A DNA stretch of 64,000 bases from an uncultured Acidobacteriota bacterium (lineage in GTDB: Bacteria > Acidobacteriota > Vicinamibacteria > Vicinamibacterales > 2-12-FULL-66-21): assembly GCA_963820645.1 (NCBI GenBank), contig CAWGAS010000002.1:1884-65883 (forward strand), written 5' to 3'. Below, piece by piece: positions 1 to 8,422 of this stretch (the stretch's first letter is position 1; each line of letters starts with the position of its first letter). A program made the position numbers and the translations under genes. The notes under the pieces were generated by a model. That model worked only from the letters and a program-made list of their open reading frames with translations. It was not told where the DNA came from and searched no databases.

Positions 1-1145
1 CGTGCCGTCGGGACCGTCGGACAGGTAGACGGGACGGAAGCGCTCGTCGGTCGACGAGAGAACTCGCCCTGCTCGTAGGCCTTGCGCGCGCGCAGCGTCG
101 TGCCGTCGTCCTCGATGATGATGCGGCTCACGAGGTTGGCGGCGGGCTCGGCGACGAACATGTTTCCGTACAGCTCCGCCGGCAGCCGATCGCCGCGAAA
201 CACGAGCGGCGCGCAGACGGCCGTGAACCTGTTCAGAGAACCGTCCTCACGGCGGATGCCGAACTGATACGCGCGATTCGTGCCGGGAGTCGGCCGCGCC
301 GGCCACACGACGTTCACCAGGTTGTCGGGATCCCTGAGCGGCTCGTAGCTGCCGCGCGTCCGCATCAGGTTCGGATTGCGCATGAAATACGGCGTCGGCA
401 CGAAGTCCACGTGCACCGACGATTCGTTCGTGTTGCGGTAGATGCGGCCGGCGTCGTCGTGCGTGACGCCCCACTCGCCGCGCGAGAGGCTCTTCTGGAC
501 CTCGAACTTGCCGTCCTTCAGGCGCAGAATCTGATCGCCGTTCGCGGTGTGCATCCAGTTGTCGAGCCCCCAGTGGAAGCCGTTGGCGTTCTGCTCGACC
601 CGCGCTTCCCGCGACCCGTAGATGTTGGTGACCTGCTCCTTCGTGTCCATGCGCAGGTCGCCGTTGGTGTCGCGCATCAGCCACGCGTACGGGGGCTCGC
701 CGACGAGCACGCCGCGGTCGAGCACTTTGAGCGCCCGCGGGAGAATCAGGCCGTCGGCAAAGACCGTCCGCTTGTCCATCTTCCCGTCGTTGTTCGTGTC
801 TTCGAGGACGACGATGCGGCCGATCGGATCCATGTTGGGCTCGGGCGCGGTCAGGTTCGGCACGAAGCCCGGCATTTCGACCGCCCACAGACGTCCCGCC
901 GGATCCCAGTCGATCACGATGGGGTCCTGGATCAGCGGCTCGCTGGCCACGAGCTCGAGGTGATAGCCCGGCGGCATGTAGAAGGTCTTCAGGGCGTCGG
1001 CCGGCGACAGCGCGGGCGACTCATCCGAGACCTTCTGGACGCCTGGCGGCCACTGCTGATTCGAGGGAGAGGACTGAAAACCGAAGCCGGTGACGGCCGC
1101 GGCGACGACGAAGATCGGGACCGTCCGGAATCGCGTCAGAAACAT
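1..1145 (-). CDS. Secreted PVC/acidobacterial-type membrane-bound dehydrogenase-domain protein, N-terminal ~380 aa (3' part lies beyond window start)
   Basis: Absent from the ORF track because no stop lies in the window. Manual translation from ATG at 1145 (revcomp of cat 1143-1145): MFLTRFRTVPIFVVAAAVTGFGF (signal peptide) ..ALKTFYMPPGYHLELVASEPLIQDPIVIDWDPAGRLWAVEM..VVLEDTNNDGKMDKRTVFADGLILPRALKVLDRGVLV..SRGEWGVTHDDAGRIYRNTNES..CAPLVFRGDRLPAELYGNMFVAEPAANLVSRIII. The frame is open down to ~nt 60, where a 1-nt contraction (GAGTTC-TCTCG) shifts it. Collinear paralogue of 12796-15501 (roughly 75-85% nt identity by eye). Confidence 0.7.
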   Translation of the reverse strand, partial: MFLTRFRTVPIFVVAAAVTGFGFQSSPSNQQWPPGVQKVSDESPALSPADALKTFYMPPGYHLELVASEPLIQDPIVIDWDPAGRLWAVEMPGFVPNLTAPEPNMDPIGRIVVLEDTNNDGKMDKRTVFADGLILPRALKVLDRGVLVGEPPYAWLMRDTNGDLRMDTKEQVTNIYGSREARVEQNANGFHWGLDNWMHTANGDQILRLKDGKFEVQKSLSRGEWGVTHDDAGRIYRNTNESSVHVDFVPTPYFMRNPNLMRTRGSYEPLRDPDNLVNVVWPARPTPGTNRAYQFGIRREDGSLNRFTAVCAPLVFRGDRLPAELYGNMFVAEPAANLVSRIIIEDDGTTLRARKAYEQGEFSRRPTSASVPSTCPTVPTA

Positions 1146-1176
1146 GAAGTAAAGGGCCCTTGCCGGGGTTTCGCGT

Positions 1177-2640
1177 TTACGGTTGCTTCAATGATATGCG
1201 CGGGTGACTCGCCATTTCCAGCGGCGCGAAGACGGACGGATCGAGCAGGGGCCCGACGCCGAACGGCGCGGCGTTCGCCGAGCCGAGCCGAGCTTGCCGT
1301 CGTGTATCTGCAGAGCAGGCGAAGCCGTCAGGGTGCCGCGCGTAGAGATCGCCGTGCGCGGTCAGCATCGCCTGCTGCCAGTCCGCCGGGAACATGCTCA
1401 GGCCGCGATAGTAGTGATGGCCGTTGCGCTCGACGTGGCCGATCCCGAGCAGCGCCATCATCGCCAGGTCCTGGACCAGGGCGAACGGGCCGAGCGTGGC
1501 CAGGTCCTCGCCCGTCATCACCCCTGGCCGGCCCTCGCTGCGGCGCCTGGCCAGGAGGCACGCATTGGCGAGGCCTTTCACGATGCCTTTGCAGCTCTTG
1601 TAACTGGCGCCCGCATAGCCGAGATCGAGCGCGCGCGGCACATCGCCGACCGCGCCGTCCGATTCGTCGATGATGAGCGGGGGCCGGTCCACCCACGACT
1701 GCAGCCCGGCGCTCACGTCATCGCGGAGCGCGCGATCGCGATGCACGGGCTGCTCGACGACGACGATCCGGCGCCACAGATCAGCCAGCGCGGTTTGCGA
1801 GACCGCTTGCTGCCAGAATTCCCGGAACGCGTCGAAGTCGTCGAAGTTCTCGTTCCCGTCGAGCGTGACGAGGAACTCCCCTCCGGTTTCCCGCTCGAGG
1901 AGCGACGCGAGCGCCCGCAGGCGTGGAAAGTCGCGATCCGCCGCGCCGCTCAACTTCACCTTGAAGTAGCGGAGGCCATACGCACGGATGGATGCCTCGA
2001 GGTCCTGCGGCAGGCCGTCGTCAACGCGCTCCTCGGCCGTCAGATCTCCGGGCGCGAGCGCATCGCCCAGCCCGACGGTATGGCGCACGAAGCACTCAGC
2101 CAGAGGCGCAGCGGGCAACACGTCACGAGGCTGCGCGGTGCCAAGCTCGGGATAGACCTCACCCAGACGCAGTCCGAGCCGGTCCGCGTCGATCATCTGA
2201 TGCAGAGGCTGGCCGGCGAGCCGGCACAGGCCGTCGAGCGCGGCGCGTTCGACCAGGCTGACGCCGAGATTGGCGAGCAACTGCGCGAGCCCGCGCGATT
2301 CGGCCCATTCGCGTTGTTGCCGATCCAGCTCCCGCCAGAAATCGAAGAACGACAGCGGCCGCTGCGCGATCTGCTCCGCGAGATGTGTCGCGTGGCCGAT
2401 CGCCTCGAGCATCTCCGGCAGGTCCTGCTCGAACGTCGTCGCGGGATTCTTCGTGAACCATTTGGGCGGCAGCCCCTCGGCGGTGAGGCCATATTCGGAT
2501 TTGCCGCCGGCCGTGACGCGCGTGCGCACGAACAGCTGGGGGACGTCCGTCATGCTCGCGATGCCGTAGCGGAACGGGAACCTGGTCCGCGTGTGCAGGA
2601 CGAAGAAGTCGAACGACGACAGCGTGAATGCGTCGGCCAT
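1177..2640 (-). CDS. Enolase-superfamily (mandelate racemase/muconate lactonizing enzyme-like) protein
   Basis: Intact 487-aa ORF with ordered superfamily-like motifs: YFKVKLSG (KxK), LVTLDGNENF (Asp), VVVEQPV (Glu), LIIDESDG (Asp), SYKSCKG. Substrate unknown. 4-nt gap to the MetE-like gene and 31 nt to the dehydrogenase gene suggest one operon. Confidence 0.65.
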   Translation of the reverse strand: MADAFTLSSFDFFVLHTRTRFPFRYGIASMTDVPQLFVRTRVTAGGKSEYGLTAEGLPPKWFTKNPATTFEQDLPEMLEAIGHATHLAEQIAQRPLSFFDFWRELDRQQREWAESRGLAQLLANLGVSLVERAALDGLCRLAGQPLHQMIDADRLGLRLGEVYPELGTAQPRDVLPAAPLAECFVRHTVGLGDALAPGDLTAEERVDDGLPQDLEASIRAYGLRYFKVKLSGAADRDFPRLRALASLLERETGGEFLVTLDGNENFDDFDAFREFWQQAVSQTALADLWRRIVVVEQPVHRDRALRDDVSAGLQSWVDRPPLIIDESDGAVGDVPRALDLGYAGASYKSCKGIVKGLANACLLARRRSEGRPGVMTGEDLATLGPFALVQDLAMMALLGIGHVERNGHHYYRGLSMFPADWQQAMLTAHGDLYARHPDGFACSADTRRQARLGSANAAPFGVGPLLDPSVFAPLEMASHPRISLKQP

Positions 2641-2644
2641 TGGC

Positions 2645-3673
2645 TCAGGGTGAAGTCTGCTGACGGCGGCCCAGATACAGATCCCGCCCCTTCACGAGCG
2701 CGGCGATCTTGCGGTCGGCCACCGAGCGTTTGAGCATCCAGAACCCGCAGTCAGGATGCACGTATCGCACGCGGCCCGGGCCGAGTGCCTTGTCGGCGCG
2801 CTCGAGGGCGCCGGCGATCTCGTCCGCCGTCTCGACGTGGTTGACCTTGATGTCCACCACGCCGACGCCAACGCCGATGCGTGCGTCCAGCTCTCGCAGG
2901 GCCTCCAGGTCCGACGGGGGCCGGTGCGCCAGCTCGAGGACCAGATGATCGGCCCGAAGGGAGTTGAGGAACGCGATCAAGGCGGTCCACGTTCCCTTCT
3001 GAATCGTCTGTCCGCCGTAGTTGCCGAAACAGAAGTGCACGGCCTTCTGCCCGCCGGCCGCGTCGAGCACGCGGTTGATCGCTTCGGCGGCAAGCGGTGC
3101 GTCGGCCGGATTCCCGGGGATGTTCGCCTCGTCCACCTGCACGCAGGCGCACGCGAGCTCCGCGGCCTGAGCGGCGAGCGCGTCGGCGACGGCCAGCGTG
3201 AGGGCCCGGAAATCGTGATAGTGCTCGTCGAGCAGCGTGCGGGCGAGCATGTAGGGGCTCGTCACCGTGAACTTGAACGGCCCGCCCGCGACCGTGGCGG
3301 CCCGCGCGCAGTCGTCCGGCAGGTTCAGCGATCCTTCGGTCACCGGACCCACGACGACACCGGCGGGCTTGCTGCGGAAGCGCATCTCGGTCTTCGCGCG
3401 GAACGCCGCGCTGTCGCGCCGCCCGACGTTGTAGCGGATGCCGCCCAGGCGGCTGACGAAGTAGTCGATCATCCCGTTGGTATCCGGGTGATTCACGTCG
3501 AAGCGGTACAGCTCGCCGTCGGTGGGCAGGTCGATGCCGGCCTGCCGCTGAAGGTCGAACACGACGCGCGTCGCGTCCAGAAGCGACTGCTCGCTCGGGA
3601 GCGCCGCCAGCCAGTCGGGGACGGGATACGACCCGACCGTGGTGGTGAGAATCCGCGGCGCCGCCGTCTGCAT
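2645..3673 (-). CDS. Cobalamin-independent methionine synthase (MetE) C-terminal-domain-like / UROD-fold protein
   Basis: Intact 342-aa ORF: TTVGSYPVPDWL, IDLPTDGELYR, VQVDEANIPG, HFCFGNYGG and VHPDCGFW (His/Cys Zn-ligand-like positions) match the single-domain MetE-like family. Confidence 0.7.
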   Translation of the reverse strand: MQTAAPRILTTTVGSYPVPDWLAALPSEQSLLDATRVVFDLQRQAGIDLPTDGELYRFDVNHPDTNGMIDYFVSRLGGIRYNVGRRDSAAFRAKTEMRFRSKPAGVVVGPVTEGSLNLPDDCARAATVAGGPFKFTVTSPYMLARTLLDEHYHDFRALTLAVADALAAQAAELACACVQVDEANIPGNPADAPLAAEAINRVLDAAGGQKAVHFCFGNYGGQTIQKGTWTALIAFLNSLRADHLVLELAHRPPSDLEALRELDARIGVGVGVVDIKVNHVETADEIAGALERADKALGPGRVRYVHPDCGFWMLKRSVADRKIAALVKGRDLYLGRRQQTSP

Positions 3674-3696
3674 GACGCCAGCATAACAGCAGCACT

Positions 3697-3796
3697 CCGG
3701 TGGTGTCCGGCTTTAGCCGGACCAACAGTCGCCGGTGGTGTCCGGCTTCAGCCGGACCAACAGTCGCCGGTGGTGTCCGGCTTCAGCCGGACCAAG
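3697..3796. repeat. Tandem array of three 35-nt REP-like units, each with hairpin GTCCGGC-TTCA/TTTA-GCCGGAC
   Basis: Units at 3697-3731, 3732-3766, 3767-3796: CCGGTGGTGTCCGGCTT(T/C)AGCCGGACCAACAGTCG. Perfect 7-bp stem and 4-nt loop. Same family at 10063-10116 and 20369-20461. Confidence 0.85.
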
Positions 3797-3813
3797 TAGA
3801 ATAAACGGCATCT

Positions 3814-4640
3814 ATGAAATTCGCGATTTGCAACGAGCTGTTCGAGGGCTGGGAGTTCGACCGTGTCTGCCGCTTCGTCAAGGACGCCGGCTACGACGGC
3901 CTGGAGGTCGCGCCCTTCACGCTCGCGCCGCTCGATCACCGACGTGCCGGCGGCCCGGCGGGTCGAGCTGCGCAAGCAGGCCGCCGATGCGGGCGTCGAG
4001 ATCATCGGCCTGCACTGGCTGCTGGCGAAGACCGAAGGGTTCTACCTCACGTCGCCTGACAAGGACGTGCGCCAACGGACGGCCGCGTATCTCGTCGCGC
4101 TGGCCGAAGCGTGCCGCGACTTCGGGGGGGACCTGATGGTGTTCGGCTCGCCGAAGCAGCGCTCGCTGCTTCCCGGCGTGTCGCGTGGACCAGGCTTTCG
4201 ACTACGCCGCCGACACATTCCGGCAGGCCCTGCCGGCCATTGCCGACGCCGGGGTCACGCTCTGCATGGAGCCGCTGTCGCCGGCCGAGACCGACTTCGT
4301 CAACACCTGCGCCGACGCGCTGCGGCTCGCCGGCATGGTGAACCACCCCAACATCGTCCTGCACCTCGACGTGAAGGCGATGCACAGCGAGCCGACGCCG
4401 CCCACCGACCTGATTCGGAAGTACGGCGCGAAGGCCGGCCACTTTCACGTCAACGACACGAACCTGCGCGGGCCCGGATTCGGCGACGTCGACTTCGTGC
4501 CGATCTTCGAGGCGATCGCCGACGCCGGCTACGAGCGGTGGGTGTCGCTGGAGGTGTTCGACTACAAGCCGGATCCCGAAACGATCGCCCGGAAGAGCAT
4601 GGAATACATGAAGACGTGCCTCCGCCAGTTGCAGCGGTAG
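3814..4640 (+). pseudogene. Sugar phosphate isomerase/epimerase (xylose isomerase-like TIM barrel), 2 frameshifts as sequenced
   Basis: Three ORF-track fragments join collinearly. The first is 3814 MKFAICNELFEGWEFDRVCRFVKDAGYDGLEVAPFTLAP. The second (3863 frame) is ITDVPAARRVELRKQAADAGVEIIGLHWLLAKTEGFYLTSPDKDVRQRTAAYLVALAEACRDFGGDLMVFGSPKQR. The third (4185 frame) is DQAFDYAADTFRQALPAIADAGVTLCMEPLSPAETDF..HFHVNDTNLRGPGFGDVDF..WVSLEVFDY. Confidence 0.8.
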
Positions 4641-4690
4641 CGGGGGCTGGCTGGCGACAAATCTCCTGATCTCTTTTCCTGACCTCCTTT

Positions 4691-5317
4691 CTAAGGCAGC
4701 TTCGACGCGCAGTAGGAGTGGTTGTCCCCTTCATCCGACTGTTCGCCAATCAAAGCGAGGCCCTCGGCGGCAAGGATTCGCCGGTACGCTTCCGCGCCCA
4801 GCGAGATCGACGCGCGGCCGGTCAGCCGATCCGTCCACTCGCACACTTCTTCCGGCGACGTGAAGAGAAACGTGCCGCCCGGGTTCAGCGCCCTGGACAC
4901 CTTGCGAATGAGCATCGATTGAGTTTCGGGCGTCAGCAGGAACAGGAGGCCCCAGGAGACCACGCCGTCGAATGAACGGCCGAAGAACCCCGACTCTTCG
5001 ACAGGCTCGCAGACGGCCTCGGAGCCTGGGAACCGTTCACGGAAGGCGGCAATCAGCGTCGGCGACGCGTCCACGCCGTAGACCGCGAAGCCCTCTTCGA
5101 TCAACGCGAGAGAAATCGGCACTCCATGACCGCACCCGAGGTCGAGAATGGAGGTGCCCGGTGTGAGGGTTCTGGCCCACTCGCGCACTGTCGCCGAGCC
5201 GATGCTCGGGCTTCGTCTCGACATGAACTCGCCGGCGAGCTCCTCGTATCCATTCGAGCTCTCGAGCGATCTCCGCGACGTCACGACTCCCCTGCGCGGT
5301 TCACGAACATCGACCAT
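4691..5317 (-). CDS. Class I SAM-dependent methyltransferase
   Basis: Motif I ILDLGCGHG, then VYGVDASPTLI and LNPGGTFLF. The ORF track extends to 5389, but the ATG at 5317 (MVDVREP) avoids overlap with the upstream gene, so the start is uncertain. Confidence 0.75.
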   Translation of the reverse strand: MVDVREPRRGVVTSRRSLESSNGYEELAGEFMSRRSPSIGSATVREWARTLTPGTSILDLGCGHGVPISLALIEEGFAVYGVDASPTLIAAFRERFPGSEAVCEPVEESGFFGRSFDGVVSWGLLFLLTPETQSMLIRKVSRALNPGGTFLFTSPEEVCEWTDRLTGRASISLGAEAYRRILAAEGLALIGEQSDEGDNHSYCASKLP

Positions 5318-5348
5318 CTGATGCCGGCAGAGGCTCGAGAGCCGATCG

Positions 5349-6359
5349 CTATTTTCGAAGCTCCGCAAGCGGCACTTCCGCGCCGTCAAGGTGCTTGCTC
5401 AGTTGCGCGGCGGTCATGAACTCGAACACCTCGAGGGTTTGCGCCTGATCGAACGGCTGCCGGCCGGTGTGGAAGAACTCGGCGATCGCCTTGACGAGAC
5501 CGTCGTAGCCCTCGGGACCGGATGACTCGGTCGTGCCTTTGTCGCCCCACACCTGGAGCATGGGCCGCTTCTCCCCCGACTTGAGCCCGTAGTAGACGCC
5601 GACGCGCCCGTCTTTCCATTTGCAGGTGCTGATGTCGGTATTGCCCTCGGTTTTTCGGGACACGGCGACGCATCCGGTCCCCATCACGGCATAGAGCGCT
5701 TCGACGCCGTGAATCCCGTAGTAGTACAGGTCCGGATGAAACGCCAGCGGGTTCAAGGTGTAGCTGGCCTGGACCTTCGTCACGCTGCCGACGCCGGGGT
5801 TGTCCCGCAGCCTGGCGATATCCGAGTGAAATCGAGCCGATGAAGTACTGAAGAGCGGTGTGCCCGTCTCCTTGGAGATCTGCAGAATCCGCCGGGCGTC
5901 CTCGAGGCTGGCGGCCAGAGGCTTGTCGACGAACACGCGCTTCCGCGCTTTGAGAACGGGCGTGACTTGCGCCAGGTGCGGACGTCCGTCCACGCTTTCG
6001 AGGAGCACCACGTCCACCTTCTTCAGCAGCGCGTCGATGCTGTCGACGATCTCGACTCCGTGCTTGTCCCGGATCGTGCTGGCGAACTTCTCGAGGCGGT
6101 CGGCGCTAATCGGCAGGTCGGGGCTGCCTCCCTTGAACGCCGCCACGACCTTGATCTTCCATTCGGGGTGCGACTCGAACGCGGCGGTAAACGCCGGCAC
6201 ATGCGAGGTGTCTGTGCCGATGATGCCGGCCCTGAGATTTTTCGTCGCCCACGCGGGCGGCGCGGCAGGCGCCGCCTGCCCGGCCGGTCGAACTTCAACT
6301 CGCGCGATGCCGCCGATGATCGCCAGGACCAGGATCGCCGATACGCGCATGAGATTCAT
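5349..6359 (-). CDS. Secreted Gfo/Idh/MocA-family oxidoreductase
   Basis: Start taken at MNLMRVSAILVLAIIGG (signal peptide, GGAAG RBS-like upstream). Rossmann N-terminus LRAGIIGTDTSHVPAF, VVLLESVDGRPHLAQ, KRVFVDKPLAASLEDA. Confidence 0.8.
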   Translation of the reverse strand: MNLMRVSAILVLAIIGGIARVEVRPAGQAAPAAPPAWATKNLRAGIIGTDTSHVPAFTAAFESHPEWKIKVVAAFKGGSPDLPISADRLEKFASTIRDKHGVEIVDSIDALLKKVDVVLLESVDGRPHLAQVTPVLKARKRVFVDKPLAASLEDARRILQISKETGTPLFSTSSARFHSDIARLRDNPGVGSVTKVQASYTLNPLAFHPDLYYYGIHGVEALYAVMGTGCVAVSRKTEGNTDISTCKWKDGRVGVYYGLKSGEKRPMLQVWGDKGTTESSGPEGYDGLVKAIAEFFHTGRQPFDQAQTLEVFEFMTAAQLSKHLDGAEVPLAELRK

Positions 6360-6413
6360 ATGCTTCCCTCGACCGCGATGCTTCCATGTTTCGCCGGCGC
6401 CGTCAATTTCAGA
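6357..6413 (-). promoter_or_regulatory. Promoter/leader motif copy A (TTGACGG-N..-AAACATGGAAGCATCGCG..GGAAGCATATG) upstream of the oxidoreductase gene
   Basis: About 77% identical over ~56 nt to 7067-7123, including the ATG. Contains a TTGACG -35-like hexamer on the minus strand. Confidence 0.3.
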
Positions 6414-6467
6414 GTCCACAGTCAGAACCAGCGTGACTGTCCCACGCCTCGCGAACTCGAGATGGCC

Positions 6468-7037
6468 TCACGAATGCATGTCCATCACGGTGATCAGGGC
6501 GTCGTCGGGTATGGAGGCAAACAGCACGGCGAACCTCTTGTTCCACTTCTCGAGCTCTGAGGCGTCGGAGGTAAACGGGCACTCGTGCCAGTGACCGTTG
6601 ACCAGGAGCGCGGCGGGCGGATCGGCATGAAGAGGCGCGGGCTGAATGTCTCGCTTCCGGGCCTGGTCCACACGCTCGATCGGTTTGGCGCCGAGGAGCT
6701 TTCGCCAGCCTGCGGGCTGCACCGGCTGACGCAGGCGGAGGTAGCCGCTGAACCGCCCGCCCACTTTGTACCAGTCGAACTTGCCGTGCGGGTTCGCGGT
6801 CGACCACTGGAACAGACGACCGCCCTCGACTCCGCCTTCGGATTGTTCCCATTCAGGCATCTTCGCCGCCAGTGCCGCCACGTCCGATTCCGCCAGCGAG
6901 TACTCCTCGGCCATCAGCTTGATGTCGGCCGCGTCCAGGAATGACTTGTAGCGTGGAACCTCGAGATGCTCGGAGAGCGGCTCGAGCTGCTGGTCCGGGT
7001 CCGGTCCGACGATCAGGCAAGCGTAGTGCACGGTCAC
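6468..7037 (-). CDS. Hypothetical protein (189 aa), no family recognised
   Basis: Intact ORF with GTG start and balanced composition, unlike the Arg/Pro-rich shadow ORFs. Conspicuous motif NPHGKFDWYKVGGRFSGYLRL. No signal peptide. Confidence 0.6.
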   Translation of the reverse strand: MTVHYACLIVGPDPDQQLEPLSEHLEVPRYKSFLDAADIKLMAEEYSLAESDVAALAAKMPEWEQSEGGVEGGRLFQWSTANPHGKFDWYKVGGRFSGYLRLRQPVQPAGWRKLLGAKPIERVDQARKRDIQPAPLHADPPAALLVNGHWHECPFTSDASELEKWNKRFAVLFASIPDDALITVMDMHS

Positions 7038-7066
7038 CCCGACTCAAGAATCCGCGCGAGGCCGCT

Positions 7067-7123
7067 CATGTGCTTCGCCTCGGCGCGATGCTTCCACGTT
7101 TTGGATGGGCCGTCAAATCCTCG
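7067..7123 (-). promoter_or_regulatory. Promoter/leader motif copy B upstream of the hypothetical gene; its ATG opens an 11-codon uORF (7034-7069)
   Basis: Minus strand: TTGACGGCCCATCCAAAACGTGGAAGCATCGCGCCGAGGCGAAGCACATGAGC... The uORF MSGLARILESG ends in a TGA that overlaps the GTG start of the 189-aa ORF (GTGA). Confidence 0.3.
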
Positions 7124-7271
7124 GGTGTGTTGCGGCGCTGCTCTCCGACAGCATGCGGCGCGCATCAGCTCGAAGAGCAGGATGTCGGGAGGGGCAAATG
7201 TCGAGATCGTCTTCGATCCCGCGAGAGCGAGACGTAGACGGAACCGCTGAAGCCGAGCTGGCGGGATGCGC

Positions 7272-8414
7272 TCAGCTCGGCGCGATAGCGCGGGCGAGCG
7301 GGGTCGTCGGCCGACGCGAGGCGTAGCACGCCGTCGCAGCGCGCAGCCGGAAAGCGCGCCCGGCGATTCCGCGCGGCGACTTCCCTCCCTGTGATCCGCG
7401 TCGCCGCAACCGTACGCCCCGGCGCATCAGTGCGCTTGGCAGATGTCGTCCACACGCACCCGTTAGTCGCCGCGGGAGCGACAGCATCGGTGCGACGCCG
7501 GGAGCGATTTCCCCGCGCGCCCCGGCGGGGCCCGAGACGACCCGCCCGCGTCGCCCGCCGCGACGTAGGTCGATACGCCCCTCTCCGTTCCAGTGGGGCG
7601 ACCACTCTCGCCCTCGCCGTCCGTCAGCACGCGCCGCTCGTTCGCCGCCAGGTCGAGGCTGACGATTCGCGCTCGTTGCCCGCGACCGGCGAGGGCTCGT
7701 GATCTTCTGGACGTCGTCCAGGCTCGCCTCGTAGTACGACGAGGCGCTTGCCATCCGCCGCGCCACGCAGGACCGGCGAACGCGCCCACATGCGGTCGCA
7801 CGCCGCAGCCCCGAACCGTCGGCACGCGCGAGATAGATCTCGGTCGAGTGCAGCGTCACGAAATTGAAGGTCGGCCTCTTCGAGTCCCGGTCGGACGAGA
7901 ACGCGAGCCACGACCGTCTGGCGACCACGACGACGGAAGTCGCCGGAGGGATGGCTGGTGAGGTTGCGGAGCGAGCGCGTCCCGAGGTCGAGAATCCAGA
8001 TATCCGACTGACCGCTGCGGCTCGAGACAAAGGCCAGCGATTGCCCGTCCGGCGAGAAGGGCGCCCTGATCGTCGAACGCCGCGGGCGTTCGTGCAGCCG
8101 CGCGAGCCCCGCGCCGTCAGGGCGAACGCGATAGATGTCCGCGGAGCCATTCAGAGTCGACTGAAGACGATCCACCGCCCATCGTGAGAGAACGACGCGT
8201 TGTAATCGAGGTCGGGGTGCGGAAGGAGGGGCTTCGGGTTGCTGCCGTCGGCGTCAGCGATGAAGATGTCGGTGTTGAGTGGAGCGAAGCTCGCGAACGC
8301 GATCGCGTAACCCGGCTCGAGCGCGTTGCTGTTCTTGGTGCTCTGGCCGTCCACGGCTACTCCGCGCGCCAGGAGGAGAAGCAGACACAAGGTGTACTGA
8401 GTTCTTCGCATCAT
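7272..8414 (-). pseudogene. TolB-like periplasmic beta-propeller protein, at least 3 frameshifts; 3' end uncertain
   Basis: Signal peptide MMRRTQYTLCLLLLLARG, then repeated propeller blades spread over 3 frames: FSHDGRWIVF, GSADIYRVRPDGAGLARL, SPDGQSLAFVSSRSGQSDIWILDL, RDGRWLAFSSDRDSK, TEIYLARADGSGLRR, ADGKRLV.YYEASLDDV, IVSLDLAANERRVLTDGEGE. Confidence 0.5.
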
Positions 8415-8422
8415 GCTCCTGC

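Noticed and set aside
411-1673. Long ORFs on the opposite strand or out of frame with recognised genes. This one is an example; others are 1204-2733, 2756-3799, 13795-15288, 28287-30329, 30698-33319, 33619-35061, 36131-37603, 39474-40532, 41737-42783, 44418-45587, 51236-53038, 58241-59254 and 59472-60926.
   Set aside because: They are Arg/Ala/Pro/Gly-dominated translations with no domain-like motifs. Each overlaps an ORF or ORF chain with clear family signatures. Long shadow ORFs are expected in stop-poor high-GC DNA.
3697-3796. CRISPR array (also considered for 20369-20461)
   Set aside because: The units are contiguous with no unique spacers, there are only 3 copies, each unit is itself a palindrome, and no cas genes are present. 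These are REP-like tandem hairpins.
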